Of a stretch of DNA of 64,000 bases, positions 50,093 through 64,000 are shown in pieces. Within the stretch, counting starts at the first letter, position 1. Every line of letters starts with the position of its first letter. The translations under genes and the position numbers were made by a program. This DNA comes from Camelus dromedarius (Eukaryota). The stretch lies in NCBI RefSeq assembly GCF_036321535.1, contig NC_087447.1, positions 32,242,001 through 32,306,000 of the forward strand, given 5' to 3'. The notes beneath the pieces were generated by a model. It was not told where the DNA came from, ran no database searches, and saw only the letters and a program-made list of their open reading frames with translations.

Positions 50093-50207
50093 CTCAACAA
50101 GTCCCTGCAGTATCCTAACAAAGATGACACACCCATAATGCACTCTGGCTGCTGATGGGATTAGCATATTCAGGGTAGAGGTAAGAAGTATGGCAGCTCC
50201 AAAAACC
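50093..50207 (-). CDS. SLC17A6: Vesicular glutamate transporter 2, exon 4 ([38 protein letters not shown])
   Basis: 115 nt between cag| acceptor and |gtacgg donor; translation matches VGLUT2 as recalled; phase fits next exon. 50208-64000 is intron 3; exons 1-3 are outside the window. Confidence 0.97.
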
Positions 50208-52167
50208 CTGAAAAAGAAAAAGAATAAATAGATCTACATTTCTCAGATCAAGTTAATCACAAGAAATTTAAGGTAGATTTTTTTTTCTTTTAAGATTCAA
50301 ATATGTTCTGGATTTGATTGGCTAGCCATTGCAAATAGATACTTGGACTATCTTGAACTGCTAATTATTTGAAGCACAAGAAATAAAAGAATGATCCAAT
50401 AAATCTGGTTATGCTCACTTTTATTTGTGCTCTTCATAGATTTAGTTACAAATTGCAAGTATTCAGTGAATCATTGTATATGTTTTCAGTCTAAATCTTA
50501 GTCTACAAAACAATCTGCTTAAGAGCAACAGCTTGTTTTCCAGATACACTGTTATATCCCTAATGCATAGCACAGTGCCTGATAAACAGTAGATACTCAC
50601 TGAAGAGTTGGTGAAAAAATAACAAATACCCAAGGTGTTACACTTCACATGATACAACTATTTGTGACTTCTCTAGAAGCTGCATATACATAAAAATTTT
50701 ATGAATGGAATTATATTTAATTGCCCCAAGAAATGCTATGATAAAATCTCCCAGAACATGTTTTTATAATAGAAACAATGATTACTTAATATATCTAGCT
50801 CAAGTTTGTCTTTTGTGTGTGTGTGTGGGTATGTGTGGGGAATTCTGTATGAGGCACACTTATAATTGCATATGTGTATATATATATATATATATACACA
50901 TATATACACACACACACAAGAGTTCAAGAAAGAATTGCTGGAAATATGGTGCTCACATCTTTATCCATCAGCAAGTAAAAATTTCATTCTATCATTAACA
51001 AAAAAATCTTCCATCATTTTAATACTAAGCAAGAAAAATATCCCCTTAAGTGAGTAACTTTAGAAATATCCTCTTGCAGCGGAGTTTGGGGGTATACTAT
51101 CTCTAATGAGCTAAGCTATGTGTTCTGAGCAAGTTTTCTCAAGTTGAATATTGAGCCTTGAATTCAGTCAAGATTAGTTGTCTCACAGAAGCTCTCATTC
51201 TTCAAAGGGGCACATTTAAATGTAACCATTAAAGACCTGAGTCTCTGACAGAGGCCTTGATCATTATTCTGCTACTGAAATTTGAGAAATTAACTTGTAA
51301 AGGGTTGAAATGGATCAGCTTTTCTGTGAATCACAGACTGGGTCAAATACTTTTGTTTATTTGATGCAGCCTAGTATCTGCCTGTCCTCAATGCTTCTAT
51401 TCATTGAAATAGAGTCACTCAGGAGGTGAGTGTTCTGTTCCATTCTTCCTCTGAGCTGTTGGCTGAAAAGGTATCTTTGGGTTTGAGTCAAAGAAAAACT
51501 TATTTCCTAAATGTCTGGCACAAAATAGAAACTTCCTATTTCTAGAAGTCATTACTCCCATTAAAATGCCACACACCCACTGATATTAACCTTCTGCCAA
51601 ATATGGATTTATTTTTTCAGAAAGTAAATGTAAAAATTCCATAACCTGGTACTTATGAAATAAAAATCCAAAATTGTTATTAAAATTGATATAACATGTA
51701 TATTTATGCTTGATTGCTTTCAAGTTAAAAGAATTTTCACAGGTTCTTGTGTGCAAACCCCGGAATACTTTGGGGGTTTTCCTTAGGGCTGAGAGGAACC
51801 AGAAGGTAGCGTAGGGGGCATGGTTCCTGGACCTAGTGGTAAATGGTGCCTGATCCCAAAGACCAGTGAGGTGAACACACCTTTCTGCTATTCTGGGAGT
51901 TGGAATGTTGTACCGGTGCAATAGAGAGGATGAAGGCAAGAAGGGCAAAGGACACAGGAGTTCTGGACATATGGTGTCTGGGTACTGGCAAACTGGTGTT
52001 GAGAGTATCTTTCTGTAGATCCATTCTACTTTACTTATTATCCTGGATAATAATGAGACTGAGACCTAAGATTTTAAGGATAAAGAGAACCAGAGCTACA
52101 TAATGCTACTGGATTTGTGAAAGTGTTTATATGAGTTGTGTATTCACATCATTCAGCCCTTTGGAAG

Positions 52168-52358
52168 AATTCCCTCAAACCGTTGCCCATGAACCAGCTG
52201 CATTAGAGTTCCCTGGAGTGCTTATTAAAAACACAGCTTTCTCACTCCAGACTTTCCAAATCAGAATGTGCTAGGAGTGAAGCCTAGAACTCTGTTTTAA
52301 TAAATAGTCCAGGTGATTATTTTGCATGCTAAGGTTTGGAAAAAAAAAAAAACACTGC
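52168..52358. mobile_element. MER5-like hAT MITE
   Basis: MER5-type body; a second MER5A-like copy at about 55666-55841. Confidence 0.7.
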
Positions 52359-52555
52359 AAGTTTTTATTTTTAACCAGGTTTATCAAACATGTGTGTTCT
52401 CTTTTTTAATAATTATTTTGAAGGAATAATGCATGAAGTTTATTTTCTATGAATATCGCTTTCAATCATCACTTTTCTTTCTCTCTATCTTGAAGAGTTT
52501 AAAATATTGCTATCTCTACATAGCCTGGAGAGAGATCAGTTTTACTCATTCTTAT

Positions 52556-52750
52556 CTCAGGATTTCTCAGCCTCACACTATTGGTACTTCAGGATGTTTG
52601 CTGTGAGATGTAGTCTCGTGCATGCGTGGTGCTAACGGCACCCCTGACCTGTATGTGCCAGGTGACAGTAGCATATGCCCTCAAGTTGTGACAACCAAAA
52701 ATGTCTCCAGCAATTGCAAAATGTCCCGTGGGGACAAAATCACCTGCCAG
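52556..52750 (+). mobile_element. MER20 hAT MITE
   Basis: gttgtgacaaccaaaaatgtctccag...caaaatgtcccgtggggacaaaatcacc. Confidence 0.8.
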
Positions 52751-55339
52751 TATAGCAAAATCAGTTATGAACTATTTGTTGAGTACACACTATAGTCAGA
52801 GATAAATTTAATGGGTGATTATTCAACTTGCTAGACACCAGCTAAAATTCATAAAACCATAAAATCCACAATCATCTAGCAACTCAATGACATGGGCATT
52901 ACTGATATACCCATTTTATAGATGAAGAAACTAAGCCTGAGATAAGTGAAATCACTTGCCCAAGTTGTGCATCAGTTCTAAGTAGAGGAGCCCTGTTTCA
53001 ACTCTTGTCTGTCTGATTCCAGTGCCAGTGGGTTTTGCCATTGGGATTTACATTTTATTCTGCACATAAATATGTAGTTAGTAATGTATTTTAAGATTCT
53101 AACTATAAATTTAAATAATCATCTTCACAAAACTGCTTGAAATCATACTACTACTCCTGAGATAAAATACCAATAGATTGCTTTCAGTGTTTACTTTCCA
53201 CTCTTACCCTGAATAGTGTTTCCAGTTATATAATCTGTGGCATTTCTAACTGCTTCATACTTTTAAATTTCTTAATTTGTTCAACCATCCTTTTTTATTA
53301 TTAGTGGCCATTGTGTCAAATAAAATGGATTGACTCTTTTTTTGTAACTATTTAAGAATAAAATTCATATAACTTTTCAGAACCTCATTTTCTTTTTTAA
53401 TGTTATTAAAATGCTATCCAAATCAATATCCCCAAGTAATTAAAATTCTGATTATCAAAATTCTTGGCCAGTGTGGGAAGTGTTTAAACTTTTTCTTGAT
53501 GCACTCCCACAGTCAAAATTGAAGCAGCCACCTCATTCAACATTCATTTATGCATTCACACTCTAAACCTCTGTGAGACTATATTTAGGGCACTGTGTTG
53601 AGGAGGAGAAGGGAGCTAAAAGTTACAGAGCACTTACTATACCATCTCCACCTACATTAATTCATTTAATCCTCAGAACAGCTCTCTAAGTTACACTTCC
53701 TTTTCATTTTACAAATCAGAGACTAGAGACAGATGGTGCAAGAAAAAAGCAAGCAGTAGAGCTTTTGAATCCAGAGCTCTCTGACATAAAAATCTATTGT
53801 CTGTCTTCTTTCATCTACATGAAGCTACTGGGCACTTAGAAAAAGATAAGGATGCCCTGGTGTAGCAGAAGAGAAAGAGACAAGTAGCCAAGAGACAATA
53901 CATGCCAAAGGCCATAACAGGAGCACAAATGGAAAGCCAAGGAGGGAAAAATCCATCCCAGCTGGGATGACCAGGACACAGGTCCTTCATGGGGAAACTT
54001 GCAAATCGGGCCTTGGAAAATTTATATAAAAAGGAATGAAGAATTTCCAATGAGGAAATGGATCAGCAAAAATAGTCCAAAAAAATGGAAGCAATTACAT
54101 TATAAATCAGAAACTAGGGCAGTGTTGGAAATGGCTGGACATGGTGGTACAAGTGAGCAGAAGCAAGAACAGTGGAAGTGAGAAAACGAACAAGAAGGTT
54201 GTGAGGAGGGTTTGGGAAATGTAGACAGGACAAGGAGGGGAAGAGAAGAGTCCATAAGACCATGGCATCTTGGGGATGATGGAGTTTAGGATAATCAATG
54301 ATTATGTCCCTAAAGTCAACTAAATATGACGCTTCCTGAAATTGAGGGGAGAGGGAACTATGAAGCCAGGGAGACGGAAGATGATCAAGAGTCATGTAAG
54401 TTCAGGCAAGATAATGGCTCTCAGAAGAAGGCGTAAAGGGACCAAAGTCACTAAAGGTGGTAGAGAACAAAGTAAGGTGACATAAATATTGTACAGAAAT
54501 TTTTATAAGACTCTAGCTTTGTTGCTTAATAACTATGTGCCTGGAAAGTTACTTAACGTCTCTAGGCTTCTGATTTCTTGCCTATAAAAAGGCAGTGCTA
54601 TATGATTGTCAAAAGCATGTTACCAGGGCCAGACAGACTGGTTCAGAGGTCAGTTCTGTCACTTATTTCATGAGTGATCTTGAACAGTTTATTTTATGGT
54701 CTTTGCTTCCTTCCTCATCTACAAAATGGGGATATTAGCAGAACCTGTGAGATATTACAGGTCAATCATCCAGAAGAATGTCTGGCAAATCCTCCGCATT
54801 TAAGGGGTGTTAGGACTTGGACAATGATATTACTCGGTTATGTTTCATAGGATCACTGTGAGGCTAAATGAAAGAATACAGCTAAAAGGCTTTAGTCTGG
54901 TGCCTGGGACATAAAAATAAATTCATAAATGTGAGTCAGTCAAGGAGAAACCATCGTAGCCAAAGGTTATTGACTTGTTAGTAAGTGCCAGTCGCTGTTC
55001 TAAGTTCTCCTTTTGAACTAACAACAGCTCTCCTCGAGGGCTGTTACTGCCATTCTTATTTCACAGGTGGAACAACCCAGTCCTAGCGAGTCACGTAAGC
55101 TGCTAAGGTCACACAGACTGTAAACGGGGAACGATGGTTTATAGTGACTCAGTCTGGTTGTAGATCCTTGCTACTTAACCACACAGCTCTAGTGAACTCA
55201 AACAGGGGCAGAACTCACACTAGCCACAGCGGATAAAACTCTGATAGACAAAGGCATTATTGAAAGATGGGTGGTCACAGCGGTGAGGAATGAGAGCTGG
55301 ATTCCACCCTGTCCCTCCTGTGGTTGGTTTGCTCGTTGT

Positions 55340-55525
55340 TTATTTATTTTTTCGGTATAGTTGACTTACAATATTATACGTTTCAGGTGTACAACAGCGG
55401 GATTATGGTGATTCAGCATTTTTATAGATTACACTCCATACAAAGGTTTTATAAAATGTGACCCTTATTCCCTGTGCTGTGCATTACATCCTTGTAGCTG
55501 ATTTACTTTATATCGAGTGGTTTGC
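55340..55525 (-). mobile_element. L1 3' end fragment (L1MA9-like) in intron 3
   Basis: ggtatagttgacttacaatattatacgtttcaggtgtacaaca motif. Confidence 0.7.
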
Positions 55526-58500
55526 TTTGAAGTAAGTAGTTAAATGGAGAGGCTCAATTAGGGAGGGTTTTGTCTTTTTATGAACAAAGTCAAGTTTCTG
55601 AAAAAGAAATGGGAGAAATAGAAATGAGTTTGGAAAAGAAGTTCCAAAACATAGCATAGTTCAGCACCGTGATTTCCAGGCTTGCTCATGTGTGATCATC
55701 ACCTTGGGGGATTTGTTCAAACAGGGAGCGCTGGGTGCCAGAGCTCCTGATTCCGCGGGTATGTGTGGGGCCTGAGAATCTGCGTTTGTAACAAGTTCCC
55801 TAGTGATGATGTTGTTGCTTTTCCTGATGTGAGAACCATTGGTTTAGCAGTGCTGTGCTGGATATTCCCCTCGGGCATCACGAAAGAGGCAGACCTGGAG
55901 CGAGGAGCAGCCCAGAAGGAACAGAGCTAGTTATAGCTGAAGTGGGGGCCTTACCTTTTATTGGAGAGGGGCAGCAAGGATGGAATGGAAACACCTGCTT
56001 AAAGGGATAACGTCCTTTACGAAACACAAATCATTCGATCAAGACCTGAAGTGAAGTTCTCTGGCCTGGTTTTGACTGTCCTCACTGACCTAATTGACCA
56101 AGCTGCTGTCTTATTTTTTTGGGGGGAGGGACATGTAAACAGCACAACAAAACATTATTTGGCAATACACTGTCTGTGCTTACAGGGTATGAATTCAAAG
56201 TCCAACTCTAATTTCTTACCAGGTCTGATCTTGGGCAAGTTGCTACTACTTAAATTCTCTAAGCCTTACCTTCTCCACCTGTAAAATGGAGATAATAAAT
56301 TTCCATACTTCAAGGGAGTATCACAAAGATTAAGTGAATCAATCATGAAAGGGGACAGAATCTGATGAACAGTGTATGGTTTATAATATCAGCTATCATG
56401 ACATAGAAATTTCCTAACATTCAACAGTTTTCAGAGAATCATTATTCTTTGTCCTTTTCTTCCAGAATGTTTTTGCCCTGATTAAATAATGCTATTTCTG
56501 CGACTGTGGATTCAAAGTTGTTCTGTAGCATCCTGAAATTCTAGCAGCTTAAAGTGTATGAATTCCAGCTCTATTCTGGGGGAATATGGAACTGATCAAA
56601 ATGCATCAACCCCTCAGTCTGTGCCTCAGTAACCTATCCAAAATATCTGACAGAAAACAAACAAACAAACAAAATGACAGCCTCTCCAAATCAAGTATAC
56701 CTGTCTTGGTATTCCTCCCCCAACCTTTGCCTGCAATGCCTACTTTCCAAACACACACACACACACACCCCACTTTCTTTTCCAGCTACTAGCCTCTCTC
56801 AGATGTTCCAAAAGCACTACAGATCCCTTCCATAAGACTTAATTTAAGAGATCATGTGTTTCTCCACCCCCCACACACACGCTATTTGTGTCTCTTGGAG
56901 AACACAGTCCAGGTCTTTTATTTCTTCAAACTCCATGATGGTAGAAGAATACTTTGCACATGGCATGCTCTTAAGAAATGACTACTAGTTACTTTTGTAT
57001 AAAGACTTTGCATAGAGGGCAATGATGTCTTCCCTTCCTGGGGTATATGTAGGTTGATAACAGGTCTTTCTTCTCTGAACCGCCTTTATCTCAATACCCT
57101 TTTAAATCAACTGACCATTTTTTTTCTTGAGTTTTTAATGGGAACAAACCCCTTTGGGGTATCCTAACAAACTTTGGACGCTGAGTTACCTTCACAGAAT
57201 AACTGTAAGATGGCAGCTGTGGACTAGAATTAAGATTTACTCCTGTGAGTAATCCCTCACTTGAGATATTTCCTGAGTTCAAGTACCTAGCCCAGTCTGG
57301 CCTCATCCTGAAGCCTTCCAAACAACACTCTGGTATCTCCTAAAACCAACTGCCATTACACTTTCTGTTCATCACAGCCTACTCATTAGCTTCTGAAACT
57401 ACTGTCTTTGAAGCTCTGCCTTAAAAATTAAATTAGGTGGGGAGGCTTCAGAGGTGATATATTGTTCTCTTAAAGAATCTCCCCATTAATCAGTATTTAA
57501 TGTAGTTATGTATGTTGTATTATGCTTGACAGTCATCATCTTTGTTTGGACTGATGTTATAAAAACAAATGAACAACCATAAACAATGAATATATTTTTG
57601 ATATCTCAACAGACAAGGAAATAGATTATGTACTAAGAAACATTGACTATTCATGAGTTATATTATTCCTAGTACTAGTCTCTACTTTGACACATAATTG
57701 CATTTCACAGCAATGTTGCCCTGAATATAATGCCCATCATTACAGGTTTTTCAAGTTTATCTGCTGATTAAGTCTAAAAATCAAAACCATGCAAATAAAT
57801 AAATAATTTAAATTATTCCACAGCTATGCACTTTCCAATGGACTTAGCCCAGCACAAAGTAATACCGTATTTTTTTTTAACAAAGAGACTATAAAAGTTT
57901 TTTTTTAAGAACACACAGAAATCTATTCAATAGGAGAAATATACTTAGTAAAGAAGCACATTGTTTGAAATCAGACATACTGGGGTTCATACCCCAGATC
58001 TTCCTCTTACCAGGTTGTGATCTTTGGGAAAATAACTCTGGTATTCTGTTTTCAGTTCTCTCATCAGTAAAACAAGTATAAGAATGCCTGCCTTATAGAG
58101 TTGCTGTAAGGAAGAATGATAATATATATAAAAAGTTTAGTGATACGCATTTATTATTCTATTTAATTCTAATTGCATCTGCCTACTGAGATGGAGAACT
58201 AAGGAAATTATGAAGATGACATATTTCATATCTTCTCTCTTTCTTCCACCCGCTACAAGTGTACTGTTTAGGGAAAGGTAGAAATTTCATCTCTGAATGA
58301 TCTACTTCAACTTGATCGGAAAGCTCTTCTGCTGGTCATTCACCCCTCTCCACATTTCATGATTAGAGCATCTTGTCAACGTTTCCCTGCCAAGGAGCTG
58401 ACTTTCTATTTTCCCCCTACTTTATATCTAAAAGCTGGATTTCTGGACCCTTTTGAACTCTGGGGAAGGAGATGGCTGTCTTCTACTCCAGCATAAAATG

Positions 58501-59508
58501 AAGCAGGCTTGCTACTGCTTAAATTCACGGAGCGTAAAGAGAACGTGTGTGCTGTTTTCCAGGTTTGTTTTTAGAACCCTTTTGTCTTTTGAAATTCCAC
58601 TGTGGATTTTTTCAGGAGCAATTTCAATGTTTCTCTATAGGCTAAATGTTAACATTTAAATCATATAAAATAATAACGTAGTTTATCTGAGAATGTTTTA
58701 GTGAGTTGGTGATTCTAGAACAGAGCTTTAAGAATCTAGTCAATATAATTCACCAATTACACACTTGTAAAATTAATCTGACTTCTGATTTGTATTTTGG
58801 GTTTTGTTTTGTTTTGTTTTTTACTTTATAATCCATTTCAATTAAGAAAACTCGCTAAAGGTCTGATCACTGCTTCTAAGTAAAGGTCAATAATGTGTGG
58901 GGAAATAAAGAAATACTATATTTTCATTAAAAAAAAAAGCCATCAGTGAAAATCTTAGCAAATGACACTAATTTTTAAGCCATAAACTAAACTAAAATAT
59001 TGCTTTTGCTGAACTAATAGTCAAACTATATAATTATTAGATAAATATTACTGAACTTGAAGTTCTAAATAGTAAGATGAATCTGAACTAAAGTGACATT
59101 TCATTCTGTTTAAAGCCCCTCTCCATATAATTGGCAGCTAAAGTGGTGCCTTAAAGACCCACTCCTGGTGTGAACATAAGTCAGAGATGGGCTATCAGTA
59201 ATTGAATTGAGAAAAAGAAAAGCGAAGAAATATGCTTACTAAATATGAAAATCTTAATTTTTCTATCTTCTCACAAGATTGGAAACTGGTAGGTGCTCTC
59301 AGTTTCTCAAAGAACATCATTACAATCTCTGAGAGATAAAGTAAGGGCCATTTCCTTATTAAGATTGCTTTTCGAAATGATAAACCACTTGAAAGCTACT
59401 TAAAATTGTTGTTTGCCTCATGACTTCCTCTGCAGCAAGTGACATGCTAAAATGAATACAATTTGCTTATTTTCAAGTTAAAATCTAATTTTGCTTTTTC
59501 CCTGCTTG

Positions 59509-59510
<2 letters not shown>

Positions 59511-59542
<32 letters not shown>
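59511..59542 (+). repeat. (AC)16 microsatellite
   Basis: Direct observation. Confidence 0.97.
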
Positions 59543-59544
<2 letters not shown>

Positions 59545-59608
59545 CAGAGTTCTTAAAATGATTATATGTAAGAGAATATTATTTCACACTGTAAGACATA
59601 GAAAAGAA

Positions 59609-59610
59609 GT

Positions 59611-59641
<31 letters not shown>
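59609..59641 (+). repeat. (GT)n microsatellite with one interruption
   Basis: Direct observation. Confidence 0.95.
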
Positions 59642-60854
59642 CACTTTTGAAAGGGGCTTGGGGAGAGAAGGCGCTATATTACTAGACAGATGCCAGATTT
59701 GCAAGGCATATAGTATTCCTGATACAGAAATGTTTAGAAAGCGAATGCAGTTGCTGAAAACCAGCATCACACTCTGTCTGATGATTAACATTCATTGTGA
59801 CCCAGAGTGAGTTGGCTGTGAAATCCCCAGTCATATTCTTTTTCTGTGACCCATAGCCACAAACACCCTCACATATCAAGGCCACCCCACAAGAATTTGC
59901 CCAGAAGAGGTGACAAGAACACTGGGGACTTGTCATTTCTACCGATAATATCTATTTTCCTGGAATCAATCCATCAATTTCCGTTTGGGCAAGGGCTTGT
60001 CACTTAACAGGGAACTAGTGTTCCTCACCCCAGGTGTGGCACTAATCCTCTCCTACAGGGTCTGTACGAATAGACTGATTCAGGCTGTTTAATGGATTTA
60101 ATCTAATCAAATCAGGGCTAGGGTGCCTCCCTTTGTCACATCTGACGGCCCCACTCCCAAATTAAAAAAGGAATACACAAGCACAAGCCAGCCCTCTGGG
60201 TCCCTTGATACATCATTATGCTGTAAAAATGACTTCATCACTCATGACAGAGAAATGAGACAGCCCCAACAGTGGCATATGGTAGCAGAGAATCATTTTG
60301 CCAGCTGCCCACCGGACTCTCTCCACCCTCAAAATCATGTCCCTCCCATCGAGAGGCTGCTTCTGCACTGCGGTTGAAGGATGTGGCAGCCGCAGGGAAG
60401 CCAGAGCTGGTCGGGGGAGAGGAGAGGAGGATGGAAAGAGAGGGAAGCTCATGGCAGCAAACCACGTGCAAGCCCTCAGGGAGCCCCTCCTCCCCGATAC
60501 ATCTATTCATCTCCCGGAAAGGGTATCTTCTTTTGTCAGAAAAAGAAGGCCTCTTCTGCATCGCCCCAGATCCCTAACCTACAGAGTCCACAACGGGGAG
60601 ACCACTTGATGTTTTTGATAGGCAGCTAGGTGGGTGAATTAGAGATAGGCACCTCTGTCTCTGAAAGACTGGATGACTAGAAACCCATTCCATCATAGCA
60701 GGGTGGTGTTTCTTGCAGTAGACTTTGTGTTCATAGTCTGAATTATTTTCTCATCAAAAGGAATCTGCAAATGTTTCTCACTGGAAGGGTTAAGAAGCTC
60801 CTGCTTACAATAGATGTTGCAATAGATGGGTAAGTATAGAGGGGAAAAGATGAT

Positions 60855-60888
<34 letters not shown>
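60855..60888 (+). repeat. (TAGA)8 microsatellite
   Basis: Direct observation. Confidence 0.97.
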
Positions 60889-60892
<4 letters not shown>

Positions 60893-63800
60893 TTTGGTGA
60901 TGAGACTTAAAAATTAATTTCCCATACTTATTCTAATAAATAAAGCACATCTTCATTATCTTTATTTCTGTGAAAGAAAAAGACAAAACAACCAGCAAAA
61001 TTATTCCTTTCTAGGCTTAAATATGAAGATGTTGTGTTTAAAATATCTTTGCTCCTCTTTCTGAAAATCATTCTCACAAGAGGATAGTTCATAATAAGGC
61101 AAGCCAGAATATTTACCTAAAGCATATCAGATTTCACTTTTATAAATGCAAATGCACATTAGTAAACAGTTTCATAATCCATGCATTAGAACTTGTTCAC
61201 TTTTAAGTATAAATCCTCTCTCTTCTATATCAGGAGTACAAATTGAGTTGTATCAATCAAAAGCACAAGGAAGAACCTCTTCTTTCTTGTAGGAAAAAAG
61301 GTCTACACTATCCCAGTCACTTTCAAACCTCAGCAGTCTTCAAGGAGCTCAAACTGCCAAATAGTTGGGTCAGAAGAAAAGTTCCAAATACCACATTTTC
61401 TCCCTCAGGAAAAAACCACACTATTTGTTTAAGTCATTATCAAGTTTGGATTTTGCCTTTTGCAGGGGACAGAAGAGAATCACTCACGTTATGGCCAAAT
61501 CATTTGGGAGCCAGCACACACACAAAAATACAGTGTGTTTCTCCTGCCACAAAAATCTAAGGATCCCTTGGGCCTGCTAAGGCTTCTGTCTCTAATTCGT
61601 GGCTTTCTGTCCTGGATTTGGGGTGTGATAGATTGTATGTACTCATTCAGAGAGCAGAGGGCTCAGCTTGCTGCTGAAAGCGAACTTGGTGATGAAGCAG
61701 AAAACAGGAGGTAGAGGTGGTAAATGTCAATGTAGAGCTAGCCTGTGGTCGTGCACTACTGGACACCTGAGCTTCGATCAAAATTCCTTTGTGACTTTGA
61801 TCAAGTCACCACCTCCCTGATGCTCTGTTTCCTTCCCTGGTCTATAAAGTGAAAGGCCTAGATTAGACGAGCCCTGTCCAGTTCTAATATGGTTTTTTTT
61901 CTGTTACAGAGACTTCACTATATGCTGTAGATACATGTGATCCTCATTTTCTTACCTGAAAAAAATAACTATTTTCTCTTTAGCAAATAGTAAAGTTAGA
62001 AACCCAAGAAATACCTGAAAAGATAAATTGTCGTACTAGAAACTGAAACCTTGTTGAATAAAGGATAGGGGTGGGGGAAAGTCATCTGTAATTTTCAACA
62101 GTGAAGTCCACCCTCAGACTTAAATGGATTTCTCTAAGTGCAATTATAATGCCTGGCTAGAATTCAAAGACTGCTTGCACTGAATTACTACACTGTCTCT
62201 ACACCCTTGGCTAAAAATATTTTTTGAGACAGCTCTTTACAAAGCCTCTGAATGAGACAAATAGCATTTTCAGTGAATAATAATTTTACTGTGAATAATG
62301 TGTATGGAAAGGTAATTTTAAAAGCATAAATATGACATGTGAAAAGAGGTGTTTTTTTAATCACAATAGAAATAATCTTTTTACATTACTATTACTTAGG
62401 GCAAATTTAAACACAAGTGGTTCTGAATGATCATAAAAATTTCTTCTTTCAATTTTTTTTCTGAATTTAAGATGTTATTAGAAATAAATGATAACAGCCA
62501 ATGATTATTGAGTGTCAGGCATTTCTAAGAACCTTACACGTATTCTCTTATTTATTGCTCATGATGCTTATATCAGGCAGATACTTTTATTAGCCCTCTT
62601 TCGTAGAAATACAAACTGAGGTTCGGAGAAGTTAAATACTGTTCTATGTTACTCAGTTATGAAGTAATACATTCAGGAGTATCAACCCATATGATTGGGC
62701 TTTAGAGCCTGAATCTTAACCACTATGTGATATTACCTTTTTTTTTTTTTTTTAAGCCCAGAACAGTTTATTGTGATGTTTATTTTATTTACTTCCCAAG
62801 TATCTGTCATGGGCCGGGGACTTTTTGAGATGCTAGACATGAAGTGGTGAAAATGCATGGATAAAACTACCTGCACTGGTATAGCTTATATTTTATTGGC
62901 AGTCATTAAACAAACAGATAAATAAGTAAAATATTGGTATGACAGTTGGCAATTAAGTGCTCCATAAAAAAAAAATTAAAGCAAGTTTGGGAAATCAGGA
63001 CAGGCGCAGAATGAGGAAATTTTAAAAATAGGGCTTAAATAATACTACTACCTAGACAGAAGCAGGAATAGTCCTTGTGAATAAGATGTTGTCCATTAAA
63101 AACATAATGTTGACCAATCTTCCTTTGGTAAATCTGACCTTGGTTGGTTATGCCTTTGTGAAAATTCTGTCATTTCTCCCATTAAATACTTGCCCAGGCT
63201 CCTCATCAATCTCTAAATGCAAGACAGAGTTTTTAGCAATTTCACTTTTGTCAGTATCTGGATTACTTTAAGCCCTATGCTCTTTATTGCTTAAAGACAA
63301 AGTTAATTTTCCCCCAATACCTTTTTATCGCTGTATTAAATATGTTTTCATCTAAAAACATTTCAGATTTTGTAAGGAGTCTCTCTTTGATTCCCCACCC
63401 TAAGGCCCTCCCTGGAGATGACCAAGTTTTCCTTCCCAGGTTGTGCAATAGCCCCTTAAGGAAAAACAAAAGGAAAAAATGACATAAGAGCTCCCTTGGG
63501 AGACCCAGTTTCCTTTCCCTGTGACTTGCCCTCTTCCTTCTCTCAATGAGCAGGAAAGCAAGACTCCTTAGAGTTTGACCAGAACAAGGACCAAGGATCT
63601 GTATTCTGACTGAGGGTGGGGCTGCTCTTGTTTAATCCACGAAATGCAGCAGCCAAATCATGGATGCTTGTTTTTCACTGAGAAATTTGCCGGGAGGTGT
63701 AACCTGAAGCCCTTCTCTCTGGAGGAGCTGTCTCCACACACCTTGGTTCCTCTACTCCAGTTCCGCCCACAACGGTGATGGCAAACACTTTCCAAAGTGA

Positions 63801-64000
63801 GCTTCTTTTACACCTAGAGGGAAAGGAATCTGTCCCCAGTATCCCACTCTGGGGAAATCTTGTTCTATTATTAAGTGATCTATAGGGAGACTGGGCATAC
63901 GCATATTGGTGGAAAACTGGCCTTGCTGTGTTGTTTTTACTGTTTGTGGAAAAGGATCAAAATAAGAAATATACATCTTTCAAACCAATTCTAAAAATCT

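Noticed and set aside
55660..55668. TTCAGCACC as a REST/RE1 site
   Set aside because: Left half only, no GGACAG half, and at the edge of a MER5 element. A second candidate near 29079-29099 is too degenerate.
50208..64000. SLC17A6 exons 1-3
   Set aside because: No exon 3 sequence (KAKFNWDPETVG...) found by eye; region read as intron 3.

Overview
Mammalian genomic DNA, not prokaryotic. The repeat content (young artiodactyl-type L1 3' ends; no recognisable Alu, B1/B2, Bov-A/BovB, PRE-1 or Can-SINE) suggests a camelid, which is an inference. The right half holds exons 4-12 and the 3' UTR of SLC17A6 (VGLUT2) on the minus strand, with canonical splice sites and an intact frame; exons 1-3 lie beyond the right edge. 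The left half is nominally intergenic: old transposable elements, an orphan CpG island at about 1.9-2.8 kb, and a 200-N scaffold gap whose two contig ends carry what I recognise as an untrimmed PacBio barcode (bc1008). The most interesting observation was found by eye and is invisible in the ORF track: about 11 minus-strand exon-like segments between 5.0 and 23.7 kb, with good splice sites and mostly compatible phases, ending in a stop codon followed by AATAAA. Their joined translation (about 765 codons, with stops and some frameshifts) shows Cys/His motifs in an order resembling Zisupton/KDZ-transposase-derived proteins (HMGXB3-like). It may be a decayed domesticated-transposase gene. That identification rests on remembered motifs and needs a profile search. 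Repeat family names are from recall and repeat boundaries are approximate unless TSDs are given.
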